64,000 bases of DNA. It comes from the human T2T-CHM13v2.0 reference genome, Homo sapiens. Made by a program: the position numbers and the translations under genes. Under the pieces are notes generated by a model. The model worked only from the letters and a program-made list of their open reading frames with translations. It did not search any database and was not told the DNA's origin. The stretch is taken from NCBI RefSeq assembly GCF_009914755.1, contig NC_060944.1; one strand, written 5' to 3'. Below, piece after piece: positions 19,055 to 43,587 of this stretch; positions within the stretch are counted from its first letter, which is position 1; each line of letters starts with the position of its first letter.

Positions 19055-19362
19055 GGCCGGGCGCAGTGGCTCACGCCTGTAATCCCAGCACTTTGGGAGG
19101 CCGAGGCCAGCGGATCACGAGGTCAGGAGATCAAGACTGTCCTGGCTAACACGGTGAAACCCCGTCTTTACTAAAAATACAAAAAATTAGCCAGGCATGG
19201 TGGCGGGCGCCTGTAGTCCCAGCTACTCAGGAGGCTGAGGCAGGAGAATGGCGTGAACCCGGGAGGCGGAGCTTGCAGTCAGCCGCGATAGCGTCACTGC
19301 ACTCCAGCCTGGGCAACAGAGCGAGACTCCGTCTCAAAAACAAAACAAAACAAAACAAGAAA
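19055..19362 (+). mobile_element. AluY
   Basis: ctaacacggtg, atggcgtgaacc, gagcttgc; TSD tttgagagatg. Confidence 0.94.
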
Positions 19363-19384
19363 ACCTTTTGAGAGATGCTCTCCT

Positions 19385-19691
19385 TTTTTTTTTTTTTAAT
19401 GCCTTTTCTCACTTTGTGGTCCAGGCGGGGGTGCAGTGGCGCCATCTCTGCTTGATTTCTGCTTGATGTAACCTCCGCCTCTCAGGCTCAAGTGATTCTT
19501 GTGCCTCAGCCTCCCAGGTAGCTGGGATTACAGGCGTGTGTCACCATGCCTGGCTAATTTTTGTATTTTTAGTAAAGACGGGGTTTCACCCGGTTGGCCA
19601 GGCTGGTCTTGAACTCCTGACCTCAGGTTGACCAGCCTGCTTCAGCTTCCTAAAATGCTGGGATTACAGGCGTGAGTCATTGCACTCGGCC
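19385..19691 (-). mobile_element. AluSx
   Basis: Dimer with small duplication tctgcttgat. Confidence 0.9.
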
Positions 19692-19825
19692 TCTCCTTAA
19701 GGTAAATCCCTAAAGGTAATATATATCTGCATCAAAGCGAACCTCTGTTATTTTTTGTTTTATATTGCCTAACTGCCTTTTGGAAAGGTTATACCAAATT
19801 ACCCTTATTCTGAATGTGCAAGAAA

Positions 19826-20771
<946 letters not shown>

Positions 20772-21296
20772 ATATCTGCAATTTTTAACCATTTATGAGA
20801 TCACTTCACTATCTTGAGATCTCCACTTTAATGTATTCAAGGAAAAATGCTTAGTTGTATTGTGAAATGGATCACTTTAGAGAAAAGAAAAATGCCTACA
20901 ATACAGTGAGCTGGTCAATTTTCCAATGCCAAAAGATAAACGTGAATATCCCTTTCAGGGAATTAGCCAATGTTTCAAGCAGCATGAAGGCAAAATTTGA
21001 GTTGAACATTGTAATACAAATAGCTCTTGGGAAATTCTTATGAGTACCTTTAAATAGATGTAAATCTATTAAATCAAAGATTTAATTACTTAGTATATAA
21101 TAAGCAACCCACTATTAATAATATAAGAGGTAATACTGCCTTTCAAATTTTTCCCTTTCAAATTCTTGGAATTATTAACTATGTATGCCCCAAATAATGG
21201 GTTTCTGATGGTGTATTTCCCCCTGGAAAAGAGCATTCTATGCAATGCCCAGTTCCCAGTACATAGTAGACATTCAATTAAAAAAAAAAAAGTTGA

Positions 21297-21611
21297 GGCC
21301 GGGTGTGGTGGTTCACACCTGTAATCCTGCCGCTTTGGGAGGCTGAGGTGGATGGATCACATGAGACCAGGAGTTCAAGACTGGCCTGTCCAACATGGCG
21401 AAAACCCGTCTCTACTAAAATTACAAAAAGTAGCCGGGTGCAGTGGCGCACGCCTGTAATCCCAGCTACCTCAGGAGGCTTAAGCACGATAATTGCTTGA
21501 ATCTAGGAGGCAGAGGTTACAGTGAATTAAGATCCTGGCACTGAACTCCACTGCACTCCAGCCTGGGAGACAGAGGGAGACTCTGTTTCAAAAAAAAAAA
21601 AAAAAAAAAAA
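21297..21611 (+). mobile_element. AluS inserted in an L2 tail
   Basis: TSD aaaagttga; flanked by L2-like 'acatagtagacattcaat' and 'gttgaatgaataaat'. Confidence 0.92.
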
Positions 21612-21959
21612 GTTGAATGAATAAATGGCATATTACAAAGTTAAAAAGTAAAGCGTCTGTCTTATCAGTCAGTTTATCTAATCAGCCAGTTGTTCAGAAG
21701 CTATTAATAGGTAACTGATGGTGTAAGTCCAGTGTGTTTTAAATAATCCTTTTCTGGACTTTTATGTTCTTCCTAAGGAGAGATAGGAAACTGGTGGACA
21801 AGTGTTGGGTTTGCTACAGTCATGTTTTCTTTGGCTCAGATGGTATTCAAACATTTTGAAATAGTCACCAACATTTCTAAAGCTTCTACATAAAAATTGG
21901 GATTTCTGGCTTTCCTTAACAAAATGTGAGCTCTGGCCACACCAGGTCCAAACTCCAAG

Positions 21960-22090
21960 CCGCAAGGCCATAGAAGGGCTGTGGGCAAGGGACACCTGCC
22001 CCCTCCCCCTTTGATTGCCGCGGCCCCCGCCTGGTGGCCGGCCTCTCTTTTGCCACCTGCCTGGCCCCGGGAAGGCATTTTGACTTTGCC
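21960..22090. promoter_or_regulatory. GC-rich patch with CTCF-like and E-box motifs
   Basis: cccccgcctggtggcc (rc GGCCACCAGGCGGGGG), gccacctgcctgg (rc CCAGGCAGGTGGC), CACCTG twice. Confidence 0.45.
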
Positions 22091-24486
22091 ACAGCCTGTT
22101 TCTCTTTTTAAGTTTGGTGTGTGTACATTGAAGATCTTATATTATTGCCTCAATTCAAAAAAATGTTCTTGCTCTCTCTCTCCCAAATTTTCAAGACCTC
22201 ACTGCTCCTGAACCTTCTGTGATGGCCTGGGCTTTGTTCTTTGTCGTCACCAGAGAGAGTAGCAGGAACAACTCTCTAGAGAGACCCATCTCTCAGCCGA
22301 CTCCACTGTAGGTTGGTGGCAATCAAAGACATCGGAATACTTTCTCCTGTGTGTGCGGGGTGGGGGAAGGGAAGGTTGAGAGAAAGGAAGAAGCATAAAG
22401 ATTAGGAGGGCTGTTGCTCAACCTTCCTGTTCTGGGCCAATCGTGCCTGTCAGACCAGCTACAGAAAGACATGCACTTGTAGTATGTTTTTTTGGGGGAA
22501 AAAGTATCTTGATTCTACTCTGCTTTGAGAAAAAAAAAATACTGTTAACTCTCTTTCTCTGTATAATTAGACATCAAAATACAGAGAAATGTTCTTAGCA
22601 CTTTGCTATCAGAAAAGCAGACATTTTCGACTTTGTAGATTCCATACAAGATAAACGCCTTGACCCTTGCTCCCCATCCCCAAATAAAATGCCAAACTTC
22701 AATTACCAGTTCGTAAGTAGTCTGCATCGCTTTATTTTTCCTTCTGACAGTAGGTGTTTGGTGTCAATGTACATTTTCTTACCACAATGATTTCCTTCCC
22801 TAAACTATTAATTTTGTTTTTATGAATAATACAGTATGCCCCAGTTATTATTTAGTTTGATTGTATGCTAGCCTCATGCTCTGCATTTTAATTTAAGTGT
22901 AACTGCGCAGGAAAAAAATGCAAATCTCTTCTATTCAAATTCAAAAGAAAATAAATGGATTTTTTATGGCCTAAAGGATCTATTCATTACCAAATCATTT
23001 ATCTTTTCAGGAAGAACAGTTTATGTATCCAATATGCTCTCGTGCTGTCTTTATTTTCTTTATTTTTTTTCTCTTTTGATAAATATGCTCACTCTTTCAA
23101 GTCTCTCTTGAATCTCTGCCGATAGGGGCAGCTTATAGCAGCAAGAACAAGAATATAATTAATAGCATTAAACAGAAAGCAAAGGTTGCAGAGAAAGCTT
23201 GAACATATTGGATATTTTAAAAATAATAATAAACAAACCTAAAATTGGATTGTGTCAAATGAATTTTTATTTTAACAATTGTAACATTAAGAAAAAGAGA
23301 TACACAGTTGGCCCTACCAAAACAAAATGACAAAGGGGTGGGAGGAGAAGTCCGTGTTTTCAACAGACTAGCTTTTTTGGGGTCTTGTTGCAAATAGCCT
23401 GAAGAGGTAGAAGCATTACTGATTTTGCTTCTAACATGATCGGCTCTTGGAAGTTTGGCATTTTGAATTCTGGGCTATATTTTTTTTATTTTTATTTATA
23501 TCTTGATTAAATAAGCCAGTTTAGAGGTCACTGCATCTGGGAGGGTGTCGTAATACACAAACAGCTGTGATACACAAAGCAGTTTTCAGTAAGTATCTTT
23601 CATGTAGCAGCTGGAATGGCTTTCTCCTGAATGAGAAAGGCCCCTAAGTGAGAATAGTGGCAAGTGTGAGTTTATGTATGTCATTTTTTTAAAAAGACAT
23701 TTGTCTTTTTCTAGAGTACTGTACTTTAAAAATCATATAATTGTGTTAAAGTTACCCAGAATGTTGACTTTTCCCTATTCATGTTTATGTATCAAATTGG
23801 ATTTCAGGGCAAATTCAATGGGTTTCTTTGTTCTTTCTAGATTAAGTCCAGATAAATAATCTGGTTTCGTTGTGGCTGCATTGTTTAAATCATGCTAATT
23901 ATAGTGCTTACAATACAATGGCAGAGGGGGCAATTTAAATGTTCATTTGAAGAAGAAAAAAATCTGATGCTGAGCTCAAAAATGTACAGTCACTCTAACC
24001 GCTCCCTGAGGGCCATTTTAAGACTGGTTTTCAAAGACTTGTTTACCTTGAAATTCTTACACACCAGGCATGCTTCTATCCTCACGACCTAGGTACGGGA
24101 ATGTTAGTGGTCTCTAAGCTGACTTGGAGTCTCATGTAGATAGAGTTCTGATTTCAGAACAGGCTGCTGGCTGCTTCCATGCCCCTCAGAAGGAGCAGGG
24201 AGTCCTCCCCGGCCACAGACTTGTAGCCCTTTTTGACTGAAGGCTTCCAAAATGAAAGGAAGGGGTTGGCTTTTGAAGAGGTGAAAGAGAGATCCTTTGA
24301 GGGAAGGACTGAATGAATGAGCAGCCTCAGGCCAGGGCGAGATAATCAAGAGACTATCTGACCTCTAATTCCTTCAGAGACAAAAATAAATCAGTGCTCA
24401 AGGAGGCGCTTTTATTAATCACTGCATGTTTCCTGTCAGAAGAAATGATGGGATTAGGGTGGGAAGAGAATACACGGGACATATAA

Positions 24487-24829
<343 letters not shown>

Positions 24830-25273
24830 TCTTAACTTCAATTGTTCTCTATTTTATGATTTATGATTTATTTGGGAAATTCCTGAGGTGGGGGCAAAGG
24901 GACACGTCTAGGTCTTGGCACCGAGAACTGAAACAAATAGCACATTAGACTATATTTAGCAGATGATAATACAGACACTGAAAAACAGATTACGGATGAT
25001 AAAAAAGAAAGAAATAGTGCCGTCCTGGCTTGAAAGCGATGGAATACTGAATGTGAGGCGTGGATTGTTTAGGGAATGAGTGTGGAATTTCTCTCCATAA
25101 ATCACCCATTGCTCAGGGGCTAGATGACTATAGGAGGTGGGGACACAAATATATCACCTCTTGAGGAAGGAAAGAGAAGAGACTAGATGAGAATCACAAC
25201 GCCAATGCCAAGGTTGGTGTTGTGTCGAAAACAGTAATACGGACAATAGATTTTGCAGAAAAAAAGAATCGGG

Positions 25274-25764
<491 letters not shown>

Positions 25765-25782
25765 TTAATAAGAATTCATTCC

Positions 25783-26080
<298 letters not shown>

Positions 26081-26145
26081 AAGAATTCATTCCATTTGGT
26101 TGTTGCAAAGATAACAGGCGATAATGTACATAGAACGTTTAGCTA

Positions 26146-26370
<225 letters not shown>

Positions 26371-26394
26371 TTAGTTATTCCTTTTTGGCTTCTT

Positions 26395-26962
<568 letters not shown>

Positions 26963-27103
26963 ATATATATACTGTTGTTTGCTTCTTTATATACTTGTAT
27001 GATAAAGGCCATACCATATAATTTAAGAGCTGCAAAGTTTTCTTTACTGTTCTTTTACAGATTGGCTTGAAGTTGTACAAAATTAAACACAAGAAATACA
27101 TGT

Positions 27104-27760
<657 letters not shown>

Positions 27761-27769
27761 TCACAGTAT

Positions 27770-27950
27770 ACCTAGCACGCTTCTCAGTGATTAGCTTATT
27801 TAATCCCCAGAACAGCTTAGTGAAGGAGGCATTATTTATTATTCCCATTTCACAGATGAGAAAACAGAGGCTTAACAATATGAAGTGACCATGTAAATTC
27901 CCATGGCAGTGACAGTGGAGCTGGGATTTGAATGTTAGCAGCCTTGATGC
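27770..27950 (-). mobile_element. MIR
   Basis: attcccatttcacagatgagaaaacagaggctt. Confidence 0.8.
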
Positions 27951-28127
27951 TTAACTCGATTTTTCTTTCTTCTGTTTTCTTACCACAGTACTAAGGAGGG
28001 ACTTAATGCCATTTGTTCCCTACCCACTTGGCATTCATTCCTACCTGCCTTTGCTAACTGGCATTACTGATTGTCCACTAGATGCAACACCTATGCTAAA
28101 CAATGGGGAACACAAAGATCTTAGGGA

Positions 28128-28423
28128 TTTTTTTTTTTTTTTGAGACGGAGTCTCGCTCTGTTGCCCAGGCTGGTGTGCAGTTGCGTGATCTCGGCTCAC
28201 TGCAAGCTCCGTCTCCTGGGTTCAGGCCATTCTCCTGCCTCAGCCTCCCGAGTAGCTGGGACTACAGTCGCCCACCACCACGCCCAGCTAATTTTTTGTA
28301 TTTTTAGTAGAGACGGGGTTTTACCGTGTTGGCCAGGATGGTCTCGATCTCCTGTCCTCGTGATCTGCCTGCCTTGGCCTCCCAAAGTGCTGGGATTACA
28401 GGCATGAGCCACCGTGCCCGGCT
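28128..28423 (-). mobile_element. AluY-like
   Basis: TSD gatcttagggatt. Confidence 0.93.
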
Positions 28424-28503
28424 GATCTTAGGGATTAACTGATTGATTGATTGACTGATTTATCTTTTTTCAACCCTGGCCTACAGAAGATCTTTGGAAT
28501 TCA

Positions 28504-28806
<303 letters not shown>

Positions 28807-28814
28807 ATATACGA

Positions 28815-29108
28815 TTTTTTTTTTTTTGGAGGCAGGGCCTTGCTGGATCACCCAGGCTAGAGTGCAGGCACAATCTCGGCTCATTGCAACCCCCGCTTCC
28901 CAGGCTCAAGACATCTCCCACCTCAGCCTCCTGAGTAGCTGGGACTACAGGCACGTGCCACCACACCTGGCTAATTTTTTGTATTTTTGGTAGAGACGGG
29001 GGTCTCACTATGGTATCCAGGCTGGTCTCAAACTCCTGAGCTCAAGTGATCATCCCGCCTCAGCCTCCCCAAGTGCTGGAATTACAGGCGTGAGTCCCCT
29101 CCCTCGGT
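28815..29108 (-). mobile_element. AluJ
   Basis: Tail-to-tail with the previous Alu. Confidence 0.9.
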
Positions 29109-29455
29109 CGATTTTAGGAATGTAAAGGCTGGTAGAGCACTTCCAACTCCCTGTGTTTGGATTCACGGATTCTTCATGGAGCATTTCCCCAGGAAAAGAC
29201 ACACAAACAGATTAGGTGCACAATTACAGGGGTTTCATTAATATTCTCCAAGTTTATTTATGGATTCCCTAGACTTCCAAGATAAGGGCACTTGGTTTTA
29301 CAGCATAATCCCCATATTTTATCACCCATAGGTTCACAGGATTGGGTGACTTGTTCAGGAGACTTAGTGAAGTGTTGTTCGTTTAATGTCTACGCTAAGT
29401 GAGTAAATGTATGGTCCTCAGTATTCTCAACCCTAAGTTACGGAATTGCTAGACA

Positions 29456-29694
29456 CAGGGCCAGCTTCATGGGTGTATGTCTTGGGCAGCAGTTGCTTAG
29501 GGCTCTGTGCTCGGAAGCAGCCCGTCTCGAATGTCTGGGCTCAAGCAGTCTTCCCTCCTCAGCCTCCCAAAGTGCTGGGACTGCGCGCATGCACTACTGC
29601 ACCCTGCCACTTTGAAATTTTTAATAACTTTTTGAACAAGAAGCCATGTGTTTTCATTTTGCACTGGACCTTACAAATTATGTAGCTGGCCCTT
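29456..29694 (+). mobile_element. MER91A hAT element containing an Alu left-arm fragment
   Basis: TIRs cagggccagct...agctggccct; 8-bp TSD gctagaca/attagaca; Alu fragment at about 29524-29608. Confidence 0.8.
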
Positions 29695-29754
29695 ATTAGA
29701 CATTGTGACACCTAAGAGAGACCACCCCCTGGGAGGACTGAACACTTGAAAAAA

Positions 29755-29850
29755 TAATATTTATTGAGCAGGTATTAATTCATTTAACCTTCACAATGAC
29801 CCGGTGTGGCAGGTTCTAATTTTACCCACATTTTACAGATGAGGAAAGCA
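29755..29850 (-). mobile_element. MIR
   Basis: cccacattttacagatgaggaaa. Confidence 0.75.
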
Positions 29851-30494
29851 TTCTGTAAATGCAGTCAATTCTTGAAATGTCTAGTGTTGCTTAGTAATTA
29901 GAGGGCCTTACTTATGACCAAGAAGTTTACAATTTTGCCTATTTGCATACATTCTCCATCTATTTTAAACAAACAAGAGCCAAAAAACAAAACAAAACAA
30001 GCAACAACAACAACAAAACAAGAAAAAGTTGAGCCCCAGCTGTGCAGATTTCTTTCTGAAAACACTGGGTTATTATATTGAGTATTTTAGTACTAATTTA
30101 GAAAGTATTTTGATCTTGATTCGTCTACTGATCATGTCAGAATCCAACTCTGAATAATACTGAACGTGATTAGAGTCCCCAGAACTGAGCCAGACTGGGT
30201 CTGCAGAAAGTTCTTACAGCTACCAAAGATGGCTTGATATGTGTCTGGTGGGGGTAGGGAGGAGAGTGTGGCCTGTGGTTCCTCACAGCGGGGAGCAAGT
30301 GGCCTGTGGGTGGAAGAAACTGTCACTTCACCTGCAGCTGGGGGCACCCATCTTATTCATTACAAGGTCTGAGGAAGCTGGTTTACCAGGTCAGAATTCA
30401 GAAACGTGGATTTCACCTTTACCAGCTACTCAGCCCTAAGGCAGTTCACAATCTGAGTAACCATGGGCTGCTGAATTGTGATTGTTTAAAAACA

Positions 30495-31454
<960 letters not shown>

Positions 31455-32224
31455 CTAACTCAAAAGAGAACTGAAAGTTTTTTCTCTTCGCACTAAATAA
31501 AACCTCCCAAACTGTGGGGCCTTTAGATGCTAAAAGAAATGCTAGATTTTCTAATTAGTCTTCTCTAATAAAATACTTTTACAGTTTTCTGTGCCAACTG
31601 GTATATTATTCCCATAATTATTTGATTAAAAAGGAATGAAGTTCTTTGAAAACCATATTATGGTAATATTAGAACTGAAATTATACTTGTCATTTCATAC
31701 TATTGCCTATGGAGTTTTTGATCTTTCTCATTATGCCGATTTGTGAGATTTCTTTTTCTTTCTGTGGGAAAACCCTGTGGACTTCTCTTCTTCCCTCCCG
31801 CCCTTCTTTCCTTCCTCCCTTCCTTCTTTCCTTCCAAAAGAAATGAACTGGTTTATTATTTTGTAGGATATGCATTATTTCCTATATAATTTTGGGACAA
31901 GCTGGTTTCCTTTCATGAGTAATTTATTAATACACTGTATTTAAAAAATCTAAATATAGGGGTGTGGGGATGGGAAAAAAAGAAAAAACTAAATATTATA
32001 ATTGAGCCTGATTGCATGATATGTATTCATGTATTTCAGCCTAAACATGAAAATAAATACCCAAGTTTCTTTTTAAACACCCAGTATTTAAAAGTGCTAG
32101 GCTCTGCAACAGGCGCTGTAAATATTGAGCTGATGAAAACCAGTTTAAACAATTATTGCTTTATTTTAAACATTTATTGAGGTTCTATGCTAAGAACCTC
32201 TAGATTCTCTGAATTTTTTTTCTA

Positions 32225-32352
32225 CTTTAAAAAATAGAGACGGGATCTCACTACGTTGCCCAGGCTGGTCTTGAACTCCTGGGCTCAGTGATTCTCCCAC
32301 CTTGGCCTCCCAGAGTGCTAGGATTAAAGGCATGGGCCACCATACCCAGCCT
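32225..32352 (-). mobile_element. FLAM_C within a MIR
   Basis: Left monomer; MIR continues to about 32520. Confidence 0.8.
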
Positions 32353-32529
32353 AGATTGTCTCATTTAATCCAGAGAAACATGCAAGGAGATGATATTATT
32401 ATCCATGTATTACTCATGAGAAACACCCAGAGAGATTAAGTAACTTGTCCAAGGACACACAGCTATTGAATGGTGGTGCTGATTATAAAACTAGATCTGT
32501 CTGATTGCAAATCAAGATCACTTATAACT

Positions 32530-33140
<611 letters not shown>

Positions 33141-33358
33141 AAAAACCAAGCACTTACAACTTACTTTCATTCTAGGAGTCCTATTTAGTTGAATTGAGAA
33201 GAAAACCAAGAGGGTTAAGGCATTCACAGGGCTTAGTGCCTTATTTGTCTTATGTGACTCACATCTGTTCCCGTCTCTCAAATAAAACTAAAAGTGTGAC
33301 ACCTTTTGATTTGATTCAGTTTATTTTGGTTTCCAAATAAAACAAGACTCACTTGCTT

Positions 33359-34566
<1,208 letters not shown>

Positions 34567-34574
34567 TAAGCATT

Positions 34575-34750
34575 TAAACTCTGGAGCTAGACTGTGTGTG
34601 TTTGAATCTCAACTCTGCCCCTAACAAATCATGTGGATGTGTACAGGTTGTTTCACTTTCCTGAGACTCAGTTTCCCAGTCCAGAAAATCGGGATAATGA
34701 TAGTGGCCCACTTAAAAATGTTATGGGGATCAAATGAGATCTAGGTAAAA
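34575..34750 (+). mobile_element. MIR
   Basis: actctggagctagactg...ctgagactcagtttcc...gggataatgatag. Confidence 0.75.
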
Positions 34751-34910
34751 CACAGGCAGAAACTGGGGTCTGCCTTATTAAGCTTAATAGCTTTGCCTGA
34801 TGATTAAATTTTCTTTTTTTCTTATTTATTTTTTTGGTGATGATTGAATTTTTTTTTTAAGTTGACAAATTTAACCATTAGGAAAAACATTTTTTTCAAA
34901 AAGGCCCTAT

Positions 34911-35207
<297 letters not shown>

Positions 35208-35236
35208 GCCCTAGATTTCTGGCTTCTAAAACTTCA

Positions 35237-35622
<386 letters not shown>

Positions 35623-36360
35623 CACAAAACACCAGTTTACTCAGGCAGCAGATAGATTGTATCTATCAGGGAGATAGATTGTATAAGCACAGGAGTGGAA
35701 GCCAAGGGTCCAGTGTGGAAGCTCCTGCAATTATCAACTGTAGGAGGTTAGATTGGAGGGGTGTCCGTAGGGAAGATGAAGCGGGTGAACAGTTTTGAGA
35801 GATTCTTGGGCAGCAAAATTGGCAGGACAGGTTGATGGTTTAGACAAGCAAGGCGAGGAGGAAGGAGGTATCACGGCTGACTCATAGTGTTTTTAACCAG
35901 GGAAGCAGGAAAAACTGGAAGAAGAGACGCTATTAAATTATGTAGGTAAGAGGTCCTGAAGATGCTGAGTCAATGACAGTAGGACTGGCAGGAGGACTCC
36001 AGGGCACTGCAGGGATATAATCAATAGGGTTTGGCAGCTGATCGGCCATTGGGAGAAGGCTTTATGGGACAGGGAAGGATCTAGAAGGACTTCAGCCCCA
36101 AGCAGGGGTTGCTGTTTTTGTCTTGAATATGTAGAGTGGGATTATGAAGCTGTGTCACATGAAATACCCTCAAATCTGTCCATTTATACATACATGAGCT
36201 GGTCTGTGAATGGTTGGAGGGAAGCAGCTCAAAAAGGGAAGAGTAGAGTTTTTCAGCCTCAACAAGGTATGATCATTAGAGTTAAAGGGAAAAAAGACTT
36301 TGTTAATGAACCCATCAGAGACACTTTGGAACCTACTGCAGCCATAGAAACTGACCTGGA

Positions 36361-36667
<307 letters not shown>

Positions 36668-37200
36668 TTACCGTAGCCTCTGACTCTCTCATTATATTAT
36701 TACCATTGGAGCACTTTTCATCCCTTTCAGGATTAACCTGTCTTAGCTGTATGTGTTACCTGGTTTATACCTGTGTCTCTCCTGCTCGAGTGTCACCTCT
36801 GTCAGGGCCATGTCCCCCCGCCCAGCCACCCGCCTCGTTCAATCCCATTTGCTGCTGTATGTCCAGCTGTGATGGCACTGCCTGACACTTAGTAGGTGCT
36901 TGAAACATGTTTTTTGAAGTGGATTGGCTTAAGCCACCCTGAATGCTAAACGCTAGTATTTGGGTGCACCATAGTGACCGTTCTCCTAGGGAAAGCTTTT
37001 CACACATTCAAATCTGTTGCTACAGGCAGCGTTCGTGCACACACAAACAGATCCAAGTAAGCGGTGGCTGCAACCCAGTCCTGAGTCAATGGGTTTGGCA
37101 GGACAGCAATTAGCCACACATTCTGAGGAAGTGGAGCATCAATCATCCAACTCCTTTTAAGGCATGAGTTAGCTGTATACTTTTGAAATTAGCTTTATGG

Positions 37201-37400
37201 AGGCATAAGAATGATATCATGGACTTTGGGGACTCAGGGGAAAGAGTGGGAGGGGGTTGAGGGATAAAAGACTACCCACTGGTTGTAGTGTACACGGCTC
37301 AAGGGATGTGGCCACCAAAATCTCAGAAATCACCACTAAAGAATTTTCTATGCAACAAAACACCACCCGTTCCCCAAAAACTAGTTAAAAAAATAAAAGA
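37201..37400 (+). mobile_element. L1PB-type 3' end
   Basis: ggactttggggactcaggggaaag...caccaaaatctcagaaatcaccactaaagaa. Confidence 0.85.
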
Positions 37401-37430
37401 TTGTTGGGATTAACAGAAAAAAATAAGATA

Positions 37431-38823
<1,393 letters not shown>

Positions 38824-39107
38824 ACTGTGCTAATATGTTTTAAACAACTTTCTAATACTTGCAGACCTTTCTTTGGAACCAAGAGAGCTGGTCTCTCCTT
38901 CATCAGGGCCTTCGGCAGGCAATGCTACCTGGCTAGAAGTTAGCTTTTTTTTTTTTTCTTTGGCATATTTTTCAGCGGTTACCTTCTGTTTATGGAAAAT
39001 GATATTGATTTTTCATTTACAGAGGTGATACAGTTTCTTTTTTTGGCCTTGATTCATCACCTCTTAACAGTTTCATTTTACAAAACTAATTTAAAGTAGA
39101 AGCTGTC

Positions 39108-39465
<358 letters not shown>

Positions 39466-39490
39466 TCATGAGGAAATTTAAAAACAATAA

Positions 39491-39815
39491 GGCACCTGTA
39501 ATTCCAGCACTTTAGGAGGCCGTGGAGGGTGGATCACTTGAGGTTAGGCGCTCAAGACCAGTCTGGCCAACATGGTGAAGCCCCATCTCAACTAAAAATA
39601 CTAAAATTAGCAAGGTGTGGTGATGCACATCTGTAATCCCAGCTACTCAGGAGACTGAGGCAGAAGAATCACTTGAACCTGGATGTCAGATATTGCAGTG
39701 AGCTGAGCTCATACCACTGCACTCCAGCCTGGGCGACAGAGTGAGTGAGATTCCATCTCAAAAACAAAGAAACAAACAAACAAAACACACACAAAAAAAA
39801 AACCACACAAAAAAA
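39491..39815 (+). mobile_element. AluS, 5' truncated
   Basis: TSD aataaggc. Confidence 0.9.
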
Positions 39816-39944
39816 TAAGGCTCTTAGCAAAATAATAGCTAAGTGTTTTTATTTTATTTTATTTTAAAATTGTACCAAAACCATAGATGAAACTAAGTGT
39901 TTTTTTATATCTTCATTAAGTGACAATCAGTTTGTTTGTTTTGG

Positions 39945-40245
39945 TTTTTTTTTTTTTTAATTATTTAGGGATGGGAGTCTTCCCTTGTTGTCCAGACTGG
40001 TTTCAAACTCCTGGCCTCAAATGATCCTCACACCTCAGCCTCCCAAAGTGCTGAGATTACAGGCGTGGGCCACCACTCCCAGGCACCAATCACAGTTCTA
40101 AGAATTTTACATAGATCAACTTTGTTGAGTCCTCACCATTCTCATCCCACAGATGAGGAAACTGAGTCGCAGAGAGGCTAAATGCATTGTTCAGGGTCAC
40201 ATAGCTGGTTGTGAAGGTGGTGTGTGAATGGCAGGTTTGGAAAGG
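39945..40245 (-). mobile_element. FLAM_C (39945-40085) plus MIR
   Basis: Left monomer; cagatgaggaaactgagtcgcagagagg. Confidence 0.8.
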
Positions 40246-40706
40246 CCAGGTGTAGGGGCTACATTGTGGAATGCCCCCGGCTCATGATGACTACTTAACT
40301 TCCCTCTCCCCTCCTCTTTGCATGCAGTGGGCCCCCAGCTTCTGGCTTGTACTAAACACTCTGCTCTCCCAACTGTTATGGAATGAAACGGGAGCAAGAC
40401 TTGATGCATACTGGGTAAATCTAACCCTGCCCTGAAAATTTGGAATAATTACTGAAGAAGATGTCATCTGCACAGTAGCACTGAAGTAAATCCAATTACT
40501 CAGGGGAGCCCTGGACGCCGTCATTTTCCTCAGATGCAGTCAATCTGCAGGAGAGAGAAGAACGAATACATGCAGAGAGAGGCAAAGTGGAGAGATGGGG
40601 TCTTCCTGAGCCCCAGTGTTTCCACTTCTTAGACCTGGTCCTTTCTCATCCACGTCAGGCTGCACCCCTCAACTTGTCTTTTGGTAACTGCCCCCATTCA
40701 ACCTAA

Positions 40707-41058
<352 letters not shown>

Positions 41059-41176
41059 TAAAACATTTCAAAATAAGATACGCAAGCTCTATGTGGAAGC
41101 GAAAGGGGGAAGCAGGGAATTCAAGATCTACAAAAGGAGTTTTAGGAAGTGAAATGGGTATTCTCAAGAGTGGGTT

Positions 41177-42227
<1,051 letters not shown>

Positions 42228-42464
42228 GGGAAAGAAGTTAGGAAGTTGATACTATTTCAGACTGTAGAGTCTGGTTATTTTCCCAGGTCAGGCTGGCTGA
42301 GCAGAGTGAACTTGTCTCTCCAGGGGTCCCACTTTAGCATCATTTCACATGTACTAGGGCTTGCGGCGTGGGCTATCTAGAGCCAAATAGAGATCTAGAG
42401 CCAAAGAGAGTGCATTTTCTGTCAAACTCATAAGAAAGAGGAATGGTCAGCATCTGAAAGTTCC

Positions 42465-42758
42465 TTTTTTTTTTTTTTTTGAGACGGAGTCTCGCTCTGT
42501 GGCCCAGGCTTCAGAGCAGTGGCGAGATCTCAGCTCACTGTAACCTCTACCTCCTGGGTTCAAGCAATTCTCCTGCCTCAGCCTCCTGAGTAGCTGGGAT
42601 TACAGGCGCGTGCCACTACGCCCGGCTAATCTTTGTATTTTTAGTAACAACAGGGTTTCACCATGTTGGTCAGTTTGGTCTGGAACTCCTGACCTTGTGA
42701 TTTGCCTGCCTTAGCCTCCCAAAGGGTTGGAATTACAGGCATGAGCCACCGCGCCCGG
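42465..42758 (-). mobile_element. AluSg
   Basis: Full dimer. Confidence 0.92.
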
Positions 42759-42789
42759 CAAGAGTTCTTATACCTCAAGCCCACCATAG

Positions 42790-43529
<740 letters not shown>

Positions 43530-43587
43530 GGAGCATTTCCACACATAAAGGAACAATCTGGGACTGTCAGTTAACCTCCTGAACTAA

